A program made the position numbers and the translations under genes. Under the pieces are notes generated by a model. The model saw only the letters and a list, made by a program, of their open reading frames with translations, searched no databases and was not told the origin of the DNA. This document shows, in pieces, positions 47,901 through 61,177 of a DNA stretch of 64,000 nt. How positions within the stretch are numbered: the stretch's first letter is position 1; each line of letters starts with the position of its first letter. The DNA lies in NCBI GenBank assembly GCA_951406725.2, contig OX597827.1, positions 22,196,001-22,260,000 of the forward strand, read 5' to 3'. The stretch is from Octopus vulgaris (Eukaryota).

Positions 47901-50900
47901 GAATAACCATGTCACGCACAAAAAATTCAACAGAACTGTCAGATTTTCAAAAATGTATTGTTGGGCAATCTGAGGCTGGTCTTAGCCAGTGAAAAATTGC
48001 TGAAAATCTTCAAATTCCTCTTGCTACTGTTAATAGAATTATAGTACAATTCAAAAGCCAAAGAAAAGAATCAACAGATTCTCGTCCCGGCTGACCTAGG
48101 CCCTCGGAAAGGAAGTTTTGCTGTTCAAAGAGAATTGTGGAAAACGAATCTTGTTCAAAGGCTTCTGACATTGCAAAACAGCTAGAAGTTAGTCCATAAT
48201 AAGCTTGCGTATTATGGATGAGCAGCTAGAAGAAAACCTCTCTTCAACCAATTAATATCATGAAAAGAAAGAAATGGGCTAAGATGTCAGAAAAATCCAG
48301 TTCATTTTAGGATAGAGTGATTTTCTCAGATGAATCCAGATTTGCATTATTTTCAGACAGTGGATATGTTTGGGTTTGGAGGCTTCCCAATCAAGAATTT
48401 GATTTGAAATGACTCCAACCAACTGTGAAACATGGCGCTATCTCTGTAATGGTATGGGGAGCTGTCACCAGTAATGGTCGTTCTGAGCTAATTGAATGTG
48501 TTGGAACCATAAACTTAAGCAAGGACTACTTCCTATGTATTCACACGATAACATAACGAAAAATGAGTTTTTATTCATGGAAGATGGGGCTCCATTCCAC
48601 ACAGCGAAAATGAATCAACAATGGTTGACTGAAAATGGGATCAAAAAGCTTCCTTGGTCGAGCTAATCTCCTGACATGAACAACCCAACTGTAAATCTTT
48701 GGAGCATACTAGATAGAGCTGTACAAAAAACTCGACAGAAACCTAAATCTAAAGATGAATTGCTTCGATTGTTGCATGAAAAGTGGGCAGAGATTCCACA
48801 AGAGACAATCAAAAAGCTCATCAGTTCAATGCCAAAAAGAGTTTCTGAATTAAAATCTGCAAAGGGAATGTCAACTAAATACTGAAGTATGTAGTCCTAC
48901 CTATCGATTACATTTCAATTGTTTGCTTTGCATATTAAATAAAAGATTTTGAAAATTAAAGGTGTCTTTACTTCCTGCATGTCTGTGTAGATGTAACTAG
49001 TTGTATGTGTCGATGTATGTATAACTGGTACAGTCAACTCAATATCAATAATTGTTTGTAAGATAGGCTCATGGGCCAGAAATTTTGAGGAGGGGTCAAT
49101 CAGTTACTAGTACTTGACTGGTACTTTATTTTACTAGCCCTAGAAGGATAAAAGACAAAGTTGATCTGAGTGGGATTTGAACTTGGAATGGCAGTCTCAC
49201 CAATGCTCAATGAGTCTACCAATTCTTCAAGAGTAACAATAATAAAAATAACAACAAGAATGGTTTAAAATTTTGCCACAAGGACATTTTGGGGAAGGGG
49301 ATAAGTTGATTACATCGAGCCCAGTGCACAACTGGTACTTAATTCACTGGATGAAAGGCAAAATCGACTTCGGTGGAATTTGAATTCAGAACGTAGTGAC
49401 AGGCAAAATACAGGTAAGCATTTAGCTTGGTGTGCTAACGAGTTTGCCAGCTTGTTACCTTAAAAAAAAAGTAAAAAAAAAAAAGCTAGAGTAATGTTGC
49501 ACAGAAAAGGTGACATACCGTAGAGTACCATCAGAACAGGCTGCAGCAACAAACACAAACCCATTCTCTACACTAGTGTTGATCTGGTGTCCATGGAAAG
49601 CTGTGAGGCTTAAAATACGCATTTCTGGATCGAGAGTGAGCAGACGGGATTTCCAAAGTTTCGGAGGACGTTTGACGAGAAATTCTGAACAGAGGTGTTC
49701 GTGGATATAATTGAATTCGGTTTTGTCTCCATCTTCTGTTTCTGCCTCTCCTTTCTCACTTACCTCCTTCTCTTCTTTTCTGTCAGATGATGAACTCACA
49801 ATGAAGCGCCACACGTTCAGCTGGGCCCGTCCACCTCCAGAAATCACCAAGAAGGCCTCAGCATCCAATGTTGAAGGATGCAATGATGAGCCTGTGCTGG
49901 GTAGAACAGTCAAACACCGAACACTGGATATATGGGCTTGTAAAGTAGCTAGGGTCTTCATGTCTGTGGTGGTTGTGTTAGGGGCCCCAGAGTGTTCTTT
50001 AGTTAATTAAAATTAAGGTCAATATAGATCAGTGGTTCTTGATTAGGGTCCACATAATATTTTTTTTATTAAAGCTTACAATAAATTGGTTATAGATATT
50101 TCTACAATGCACAAAATATTTCAATAATTCTCTTTTATAGAATTCCTGATAATATCTAATTACAAAAATATAAAGGGATTGTTTAAACACTGAATGGCTT
50201 TGAGGGTCCTTGAGAGCAAAATAGGAATCATAGGGGTCCAAGGGTAAAAAAAAAAGGGTTGAGAATCATCAATAAAAAAAAAAAAAGAAATCACAGCCGA
50301 CCAACATGGCAGGATTCTTTATTCTTAGATACAAATTTTAAGGAATTTGTGGCATAAAAATGGTTCTGAGTATATCAACAACAACTCGCAAATGTTTAAC
50401 CCTTTTAATACCAACCCAGCTGAAACTATCTCTGGCTCTGAGTACAAATGTCTTGTTTTCTAAAGTTCTGAATTAAAATCTTCCATCAAACCTTAGTCAC
50501 TACTAAACTCATTGTTATATTTAAAATTAATTGAAAGAAACACAGAGCATCTCAACAGAAATATGGTAACAAAAGGGTTAAGTAACCAAATCCTCTCCAC
50601 TGAATCAGATATCATGATAGGCACAGCCCACCTAGCTGTAAAGAGGTACCATGTGGTAGAGACTGTCCATCTTGCAGCAATTAAGTATCGTGCAGTAAGT
50701 ACAGACTAGCTAGCTGCAAACAGATACCAAATGATAACACAGCCCACCCAGCTGTAAATAGGTAACAAATAGTGGTACTACCGGCCACCGAGCTGTAAAG
50801 AGATACTCCAATTATTAAAAGTGGAGTTGTTGTTTAGCAGATGCATGACCAAAGACATTCTAGATGTGACTACCATGTTTGGTTAGAGATATGTAGCACT

Positions 50901-53900
50901 TCATTATCGAATGGGTCCTTGTCTTAAGACAACAGAGAGTGATTCAAGGAAGAGTTGTTTGCCATTTCTAGCATAAAGACTTTTCTACTGGGGTTATTAC
51001 ACAGGGAGAGGTAAAAGGAATGAAGCCAAAAGAGAGAGAGAGAGAGGGGGGTGGAAGGGGAAGAATGAGAGTATGAAACGAAGAGTAAGGAGCCAAGGAT
51101 ACTGAAGTTGAGGTGAAAGAGTTGAAGTGAGGTGTCTTCACTGCAGCTAATACAGAAATGGTGGCTGACATCTGCAAAAGAAAGAAAGAAAGATTTCATG
51201 TTGAAGAAGACTCACATTTCCTTCCTGCATCATCATCATCATCAGTTACTTTTGTTGATGTTTTTATTATTGTTGTTGTTATTTAAGGTGGCGAGCATGC
51301 CAGGCAAAATGCTCAGCGGCATTTCATCCGTCTTTATGTTCTGGGTTCAAATTCCACTGAGGTCAGCATCACCTTTCATCCTTTCGGGGCTTGATGAATT
51401 AAAGTACCAGGGAGACACTGGGGTCAATGTAATCGACTTAACCCTCAAGCTGCCCTTGTGACAAAAATTTAAAATCATCATTATTATGAGTGAGAGAGCA
51501 GTGCATGCCACCAAAGTGAAGCTGGGGTACAAATATATGAAGCCCAATAATCCAATTAGGAGTACCCATTTGATAAGGGTACACCAGGCAGAAACATCAC
51601 GGCCACATGTGCATGACATGGTTACAAACTGACTTTCTAGTTTGTAATCTAGAAGAGGCATTTGGAAAGGCATCACAACTGATGTGCTGGCAGCAAGACT
51701 TGATTGTTTCTCCAATGATAAGCATGAGGGTTGTAGTATTAGAGTTAGGGCATGTACTTTAATGAACAAAAGCTGTTTGATGGCCCCAGAGGTGCAATGC
51801 AGCAACAAAGCCACACTTCAGTCTTTGATGGATCAGAAGGGGTGCCACTTGATTCCCAGTTGATACGAACTATGTCAAAGGGGGTGGGACTGATCAATGT
51901 AGATCAGTCGAAAGCTTTTGATGGGGTCCACCCTTAGTACTTGGCAGCAGTCTTCAGAGTGGCTGGTTTTAGGTCCATTTTCAGAACCAGTGACATTTGC
52001 TTGGTGGTCAGAGTAAGGCCAACTGTTGAAATTGTTCTGTATTATGCATTCAGTCCATTAAGTGTGCCCTCTCTCTCCCCTTTTGTACATGTTGACCCAA
52101 CAGCCACTGCTGCAAAAGTTCAAGGTTTTGAGGGGCATCACATAAGAACTAGGATGTGGAAGATTCATGTTTGCATATGTAGACAATGTCAGACACCAAA
52201 AATATTCAGGTGATTGGCATCACTCTGAAGGAATACAAGGCAGTGACAGGAGCAAAAATTAACCAGGAGAGTTATGGGGTCTACAACTTGGTACCAGGCG
52301 AGGAAGGTCCATGCCTTCCAACATCATGGAACATTGGACAAATGGACTGGTTAAATGGCTTAGAATTTGGTTTGGTCTAGACCTCCAGGTGGACAAGAAC
52401 TAGGAAACATACTTCATGACTGACCATAATGAAGTGTTTATTGTTCTGCTTTCTGTGGAGTGTGCGTGCATGTGCATATGGTGTTTCACTGGTCACTCAG
52501 TCCATTTGCTGTCAATGTCTGCTACTGTAGAGAAGACTAGGCAATGCCAGGGTCAATGATCCACAGACATTTGCTGAGGCTGTGATATTTCCAGCATTTC
52601 CTGGATCAAGTGTAGACCAAGGTCGGGTGCTATCGGGTGGTCACAGCCCTCTGCCAGTTGGGTAATGCAGTCAGTGGATATTCCTCTCTGGTGCTCTTAT
52701 AGAGGATTAATGGTGGGTAAGAATGAAGACGTCCTTGGGAAAATTCTGGGCATTGATGAAAATCAACGAGCTGGTCTTTTCCTAAGGACTTTCGAGTTGA
52801 GGTCCAAGGATAATTTCCAGAAATGCCTAGCCTGGCAGTGACACTAGGGGGCATTGCCAGTTAGGAATGAAGTCTATAGGCATCGTCCTACCATCAGCCA
52901 TGTGTGAAAGAATAACAAAACCATTCTGTAGATGCTCATACAATGCTCAAGAACCGTTGACATATGGAGTTATGCCAAACAGCTTCTTTCATGCGTGGGA
53001 CAGCATAAAATAAATGTTTTACCTGAATGTTGTGTCAATGTTGATGATATATGTTTGATGTCCAGCATCTGACGTCCATGGTGGCTTTGCTAGAGTAGTG
53101 GGAGGAGGAAAGAAACGAGAAGAGAAAGAGTGGTGAATACTAGTGGAGAATTTGTAGTAATGATGATGATGATGGTGGTGACAAGATGAATGATGGTGGT
53201 GGTGGTGATGGTGATATAAAACATCCCAGAATATACAGTTGATGTTGCCTTACCTTTAAAACCAATGTTGGTCGGATCGACGCTCTGCATATGACAATGT
53301 CTTGAACCTTAATATACACAAAGTGAACCAGATCATTCCTTAACAAACAGCTCCAACTGCGATGGCCACCCCCACAGGGTATTTCCAGAAGTTTCTCAGA
53401 TTTGCTACAATTCCACAATATGAAATTCACCTGTTGGTACAAAAGACAAAATAAATGAGGGAGGTGCTACGTCACCAGTCAACCTGCTAGAAATCACAGT
53501 CAAATCTTCCTCAAATAACATTCTACACTCAATTTTGGTAGCTAAAAGCCAGTGCCATAAACTTTGCTTGAATGACTCGGGCCATTTGTGCTCTTAGCAT
53601 CCCTTTATGATGGAACAATGATTTGGAGTACAAACCCAGGTCCAATGCAAGATGTTCAAAGCCTTTTCATTGAACCTGTCCACCTGGCATCCATTTCCAA
53701 AACCTATGTATTTCATATTTCACCAAACACAGACCATAACTATTTTGGGGTTGTAGTCCTGGTTTGGGAATGGATTCTACTTTTTTAATGGGTGCCAACC
53801 ATTGTTGCTTTTTCTTGGAGATGATTATAGGGAACCTACATTTCATCACTTGTCATGATTCTACCCAGGAAAGGTTGGGTAGCAAGTCTATTCTTCAACG

Positions 53901-56900
53901 ATGAGCAAAGGGCTTCTCTCTGATAAAGCTGAGAAGCAGTTTGATGATGAGACCCACTCACCCACTTTAGATGCTTTTCTTAGTTCATGAGGGTGCTTTA
54001 TGACTAAAGTGTGACTTGAATCTAACTGTTTTGCTAATTTTCATGCAATTTGCTTTGGAATTTCCTCAAATACGATTTTCAGAAACTTAATTTCAACAGA
54101 ATTTAGTCATCCAAATTAAGGGGATTCTGTGAGAGGAAAATTTCCCAAGTAAAACTCACCAAACCATGTCCAGACACTTAAACCTCCATAGACAGAATGA
54201 TTATTTCTTGCTGCTTCCATTGTTGAAGAACCCCTTTAGAATTCATACCCTATGCAGTGTCAGGTAGGGGTCTGATCTAAACCCATTTGAAAAGGGTAAA
54301 ACTCTATACAAATTTCACTTTTGCCGTTTAAAATAATCTGCAAACAAACATCAGAATCTAAAAATTAATGCTTAGTTTACCCTAAGTGTTTAAAAAGTAA
54401 CCTTAAATCTAGCATTTGACATTTCTCAATGCACAAATTAAACAAAGAATACTTACAGAATGAAAGCCAAACAAGAGTAACTCGTCTCCAAAAAGAAGTT
54501 TCTCAAACCAATCGAATCCTTTGTAGATCTAAAGATGTAAGAGAGAGAGAGAGAGAAGAGGAATGAGTGGTGGTGCTCTAGTGAAGAGGGGTACATAGTA
54601 TAGAGAAGGTGAGTAGGTATGCAGTGGCGGGGGGTGATGAGAGTGTGAAAGATTATCTCAGCAACAACAACCATCACCATAACAATACTATCAACACCCC
54701 CACCACCACCAACCACACCAGGTACAAAACTGTAACAGCTTCTAAATAATCACTCCGCCTGCTATAAAATAAATCAAATTCATCTTAATCAGATTTTAAA
54801 AATGACAGGCACATTTTATAATGTAGTCCTAGATACATTATGCCTGAATAAAAGACAGGATAGTCACCAATGGAATGGTTTTGATCATAGGTCTGCTGGA
54901 TCAAGATTGTCTTTAAAAAAAACAGACTGCACAACAAAGAAAGTTCAAACCCTGCCGATGTCAACTTTACCTTTCATCCTTTCGGGGTCAATAAATTAAG
55001 AACCAGTGAAACACTGGGGTCGATATAATCAACTAGTCCCCTCCAGCAAAATTTCAGGCCTTGTGTCGATAGTGGAAAGGATTATTATTATTATTACATA
55101 TAAGGGTGGTGGATTGACAGAACTTTCACTGCAAACTGCATGCAGCAGTGAAGGCCAGATGCACAATCACATGCATATCATGTCTTCTTTCACTGCGCAT
55201 CATCATCATTTAACGTCTGTTGTCCATGCTGGCATGGGTTGGACGGTTTGACAAGGCTGGAAAGATTGCTCTGGGCACCATTTGTTCTCCTTTGGCAAGG
55301 TTTCTATGCCTGGGTGCCCTTCCTATCACCAACCACTTTACAGACTGCTTTTTACATGGCACCAGCGTCCAACACTGTAGGTGTGTGAGAGTCCATAATA
55401 TGACCACCTCTACTGGCTAGGCAGAGGAGGGCCATCCCTGGAAGTCCGTATCTGCTGTTTATATCTCTGTGATAGTTCTGTTAGATCATGACAATGATGG
55501 AATCTTTATGTGATTGGTCAAGCTTCTAGAAATAGTAGCAAATCTACTGTTTTACCAAAGAAAAAATTCAGAAAAAAAAAAAACAGATGGGATGGCCATG
55601 GGTGGAATGTGTGTCATCATAAATCTGCTGAATCAGAGTTGACTTACATCCACCTATGACCACCCACTACTGACAACAATACCAACCTTATTGTTATTCA
55701 CAAGTTTTAAAGAGCCGTCCTCTGTCACCGTGTATTGCCGATAACGTCCATCTCTCCCAGCCGTGTACAGGTAGTTGTTGTGGTAGCATACATCAGTGAC
55801 ACCTGCCTTGCCATGAAGTTTTGGAAAACGCTGTTCAGGGTGGCAAAGCTGGGTAAAAGAAAGGGGTACAGGGTTACTGAATTTAAATTTGCTTGCTGAT
55901 ATTTACTCCCCCTCTTATTACCACCACCACCACCTACACCATTTCCCTGCCAGTGAATTCATCTTTTCATTACGTTGATATAGTACCAGTAATACACTGG
56001 AATCAATTCAACCACCTGACTTCTCTCTCCTACAAGTCTCTAGGAAACTACGGAGACAGTTATTTACATTTATTGCTGTTGTTGTTGTTGTGCAATCAGT
56101 GACAGAATTGGCAGAGCTTTTGGACATTCTGTTTTGTCTTGATGCTAATGAGGTTGACTTGGTCATCAATCATCATCATTGTTTAACGTCCGCTTTCCAT
56201 GCTAGCATGGGTTGGACGTATGACTGAGGGCTGGTGAACCAGATGGCTGCACCAGGCTTCAATCTTGATCTGGCAGAGTTTCTACAGCTGGATGCCCTTC
56301 CTAAAGTCAACCCGAGAGGGTAGTGGGTGCTGCTTTTACGTGCCACCGGCAAGGGGGCCAGTCAGGCGGCACTGGCAACGACCTTGCTCGAATCTTTTAC
56401 ACATGCCACCGGCACAGGTGCCAGTAAGGCGATGCTGGTAATGATCATGCTCAAATGTTGCTCTTAATACCCTACTAGCACGGGGCTCGAGTGCCAGTAA
56501 TGCGACGCTGGTAACGATCACACTCAAATGGTGCCTTTTAAGTGCCACTGGCACGGAAGCCGGTTAGCCGCTCTGTCAATGATCACACTTGTATGGTGCT
56601 CTTTGCACCCCGCTAGCATGGATGCCAGTCATTGATTTTGATTTTTGATAGATACCAGTTATATATCTGGGTCAATATAATTGCCAGGCAATGCATTGGG
56701 GGTATTTCATCCATTTTTATGTTCTGCATTCAAACTTCATTTAGGTCAACTTTGTTGCCAATGAAATAAGGACCAGTTGATCATTGGGGTAGATACAATC
56801 AATTTAACCCTCCTGAAAAATTTCAAGCCTTGTGCTTTATTACTAGAAGGGATTGCATGCTGGGCAAAATGCTCAGTGGCATTTTGTCTGTCCTTAGGTT

Positions 56901-59900
56901 CTGAGTTCAAATCCTGCCGAAGTCAACTTTGCCTTTCATACTTTTGGGGTCAATAAATTAAGTACCAGTGAAATACTGGGGTTGATGTAATCGACTCATC
57001 CCCTCCCACAAAATTCCAGGCCTTGTGTCTTTAGTAGAAAGGATTATTATAACTATAATAATAATAATTATTATTATTACATATAAGGGTGGTGGATTGA
57101 CAGAACTATGAGAACAATGGACAAAATACTATGAGGTATTGTCTTCGATAAATCTCACTAAGGTCAGCTTTACTTTTGATCCTTTTTGGGGTGGGGTCAT
57201 CAAAATAAAAGGGCCAGTCAAGTACTGGGGTCACTTTAATCACCTCAAAATTGTCAGCCTTGAATCTAAATTAGAAAACATTCATTATTCTTATGAAAAT
57301 GCCTGAAATCACAGACACAGAGAGAGAGAAAGGAAAAGGATGAAAGGTGAAGAGAGGGTGAAAGGGAGAGAGAGAGTGAAAAGGGAGAGATGCCTTACCT
57401 CATCAGTAGATTTCCCAAAGGGATACACATAGAGGGAGCCATTGCGATCACCACAAACCATTTGGAGATCTCCTGGAAGTAAACAGGCCGCAGTAATCCA
57501 CCGATGTTTGCAGGGAGGAAGGCAGAATTCTTGTAATTTTGCTAGTGTTGGCATCGAACTGCTTCTGTGGAGTTTCCAGACGGACTGAAGAGACAGGAAA
57601 AAAGGGAAAACTGTGACATTATAGGGGGACGATGACATAGACATTGATTTTTAATAGGTCCTGGCAGATAGGGACATGAATATGCTAATTGCCAATGCGA
57701 AAGTGCATGGCTTGTGGTTATGGCATTCGGCTCACAATCGTTAGGTTGTGAGTTCAATTCCCAGTGGTGTGTTGTATCCTTGAGCAAGGCACTTTATTTT
57801 ACGTCACTCCAGTCCACTCAGCTGGCAAAAATGTCTTGAGTTCGTATGGGAGTTGTAAATGAATGTAGCTGTCATGCATGCTGTGTTCTTTGTTTTCCAA
57901 TCTTCCATGAAAAACATGTCTGACCATGGGGGAAATATTATTTTCCTTGGAAACAGGTGAAGGTTGGTGACAGGAAGGGCATCCGACCATTGAAAAATCA
58001 GCCTCAGCAAATTTGATCCAAGCGTGGAAAAGTGGACATTAAAACAATGACGATGATGAACAAACAGCCCTTCAGACAAAAACCTGTCCAAACAATATTA
58101 TTGCTGGGATTTTGGGTGAAGTGTTGCAGTGCTGAATGCATTTAGTACTTCAATATAGTTGTCATCTGGCCATCGTTCTCTTTCAGTTTTGTTTTTCATT
58201 TGCGCAGTGACATTAAGACATGGGCCTGTCTGTTCAACGTTAGCTTTTTGACAGGACACCGTCTCTGGATGTGTGCTAAGGCTTATTTCATATCGTGGTT
58301 GCCTGAGGTTCACAGATCGACGCAATTGTTTAGGGTTCAGGTCACCTCTTTTTTTTCCTTGAGAGTTCTATTAGAGAGCATAAGTGAATTTTTCCTCTCT
58401 GTTTCAAATGAAATATGCAGTACTTTTCAATTTTATAATTTTATAATTGAACTTTTCAATTTTATAATTTATTTATTTTAAAAATGATAATTGCTAGCAA
58501 GGATATAATATTTGGACTTGCGACCCTAATACACTAACTATTATATTAAAGGTTTACAAGTCAATGCTGTGCCTTAGTTTTTGCGTTAGTTCTACGAACT
58601 CTTGAAGTTTGCATCTACACTCATCCCCTCTTTTGTTCTGTCTTTGATCACATTGTTTACATGGACATATTCATATACGAATTGTCTTGTCTTGCAGTGC
58701 TGGCTCTTAATTTTATAGAAAATCCGTAGAAAATAAACTTTAAAAGAATTGAAAACATAAATACAAACCAGTGTACCAGTGTGTTCAGAGACCAAAATCT
58801 GTGTGTCTGTCAACCAATGGATACTGTAGATCTTTCCGACAACTGAGATATAGAATGGCTGTGAAGTTAGGAAATTAGTGTTGCAGTGACACAATTGTTT
58901 AGGGTCCAGGTCACCTGTCAAAAACACAGAAAGAGATGAAACAATAGGATTCGTTGTTATGGCAGGTCTTCAACACTGGAATCTGATTGGAATTCAGTGA
59001 TTCTTGTTTTGTCGTCAATGTTTAGCTGCTATTTCTGGCCAGAAATAAAGCATTTTTGCATAAAAAGTAAAAGTTTAGATATTGACAATTCTAAAAGTAT
59101 TAATGTTTGCAATTGGTATGGGATGGGTGTGATCAACATGCATACTCACATGTGTGTGTATATATCTCCCACATTTTGCGGTGCAGTTTAACCAAAAGCG
59201 GGTATCTTATAGTCGTGATTCATATCGAGCCCTTCTGGGCATTAGCGCGCGTCTACGATGAGTCTACGATTTAAAAAAAAATTTATCATCATTTTTTTCC
59301 ATTTTAATGCATTTTTTTGCTATTATATAAGGGAAGTAACTCTCTAAAAATGTCTACGATGAGTCAACGATTTAAAAAAAAAATTTACCATAATTTTTCC
59401 CCCATTTTTAATGCATTTTTTTGGCTATAACTCTCTAAAAATGCTTATATAGTTATTTCCCTTACAAACCCGAGCAACGCCGGGCGATACTGCTAGTATA
59501 TATATATAATCATCATCATTGTTTAACGTCTGCTTTCCATGCTAGCATGAGTCGGACGATTTGACTGAGGTCTGGCGTACAAGATGGCTGCACCAGGTTC
59601 CAATCTGATCTGGCAGAGTTTCTACAGCTGGATGCTCTTCCTAGCACCAACCACTCTGAGAGTGTAATGGGTGTTTTTATGTGCCACCTGCACAGGGGCC
59701 ATTCCAGCGGCACTGGCAACAACCTCGCTCGAATGGTTTTTCACGTGCCACCAGCACAAGTGCCAGTAAGGTGATTGAGGTAACGATCACACTCGAATGG
59801 TGCTTTTTACATGCCACCAGCACAGAAGCCAGTTTGTTGCTCTGGCAAACGATCACACTCGGATGGTACTTTTAGTGCTCCACTAGCACAGATGCCAGTC

Positions 59901-61119
59901 ATCGAATTTGATTTTGATTTCACTTGTCTCAACAGGTCTTCACAAGCAGAGTTTAGTGTCCAATGAAGGAAAGGTACGCATAAGTGGGCTGGTTACACCC
60001 CTGGCATAGGCCACGAGTTTATGGTCTCACTTGGGCTTGCTGAGTCTTCTCAAGCACAGTATATTTCCAAAGGTCCCGGTCACTATGATACACATATAAA
60101 TATTATACACTTTATACTTTTGCACATACACATATAAATATGAAAGTAAATTAGCAAAGAGAAGCAAAGATCACTGGTAGTGGTGGAGGCAATGACCGTG
60201 GTGCATGTACATACATACATATACAAACACATATACACACATGTAAAGAAGCATGCATACATACACACACATCATATCATCATTCTTCATCATGTTTTCT
60301 TTATTGTCCCTCTTGCAAACTGGCACATGGGGTTGGATAGTCTGGCAGGATCTGACAATCTGGACGACTGCATCATATTCCAGTGCCTTCTTTGGCATCG
60401 AAACAATTTGAATTAAAGAAACGGAACGATAACAGAATTAGATCCTAAAATCAACAGACACATTTGCCCAATCCCAGGCAAAATCAAAATCATTATTGTC
60501 CCCTCTGTGACTTCATAGCAAAACCCATCCCTGGACTCAAATCACATTCACGCATCCATCACAAATGGATGCAGCTTCTTTTGTTTTAATTTTTAAAAAA
60601 AATCTTTTCCTCGAAACATTCATACGTTGAAATTCACGGAAGGGACCATCAATATTATTAAGGAACACTGAAGTTCAAAGGATGAAACTCCCCACCACAA
60701 ATTACAAACGTCCAGACCATACCCTCCACCCCAAAACCGAGTATTTAAAAGAGAAAGGCTGCGAAGGGAAGATACTTACCTGTGGGTAAGATGACCACCA
60801 CAGAACCATAGAGGTTGCCCATCGCAATTGACTGAGTGTCATGTGACACTGCCAGGCAAGAATAAGACAGAAATGTGTCATCACCTCCGATGACTCTCCA
60901 CTTGAGATGGGAGAGGCAATACATGAAGAGTAACCTGATGGGAGAGAGAGAGGAAAAGTGAGAATGACAGGGAGAGAGGAAGAGAGGGAGCTAGAGTTGA
61001 TAGAGAAAGAGAGAGAAAACAATGTTAAAATGTAATCTTAATTGATTATAGGTTCAAACATCAGTGAAAACATTGAACTGAATGTTGTAGGGCTTATGCT
61101 TAGGTAAGGGACCAAACTT

Positions 61120-61177
<58 letters not shown>

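Noticed and set aside
50620-50810. Degenerate ~40-bp tandem repeat (CAGCCCACC-AGCTGTAAA)
   Set aside because: Short, decayed intronic minisatellite with no further structure evident.
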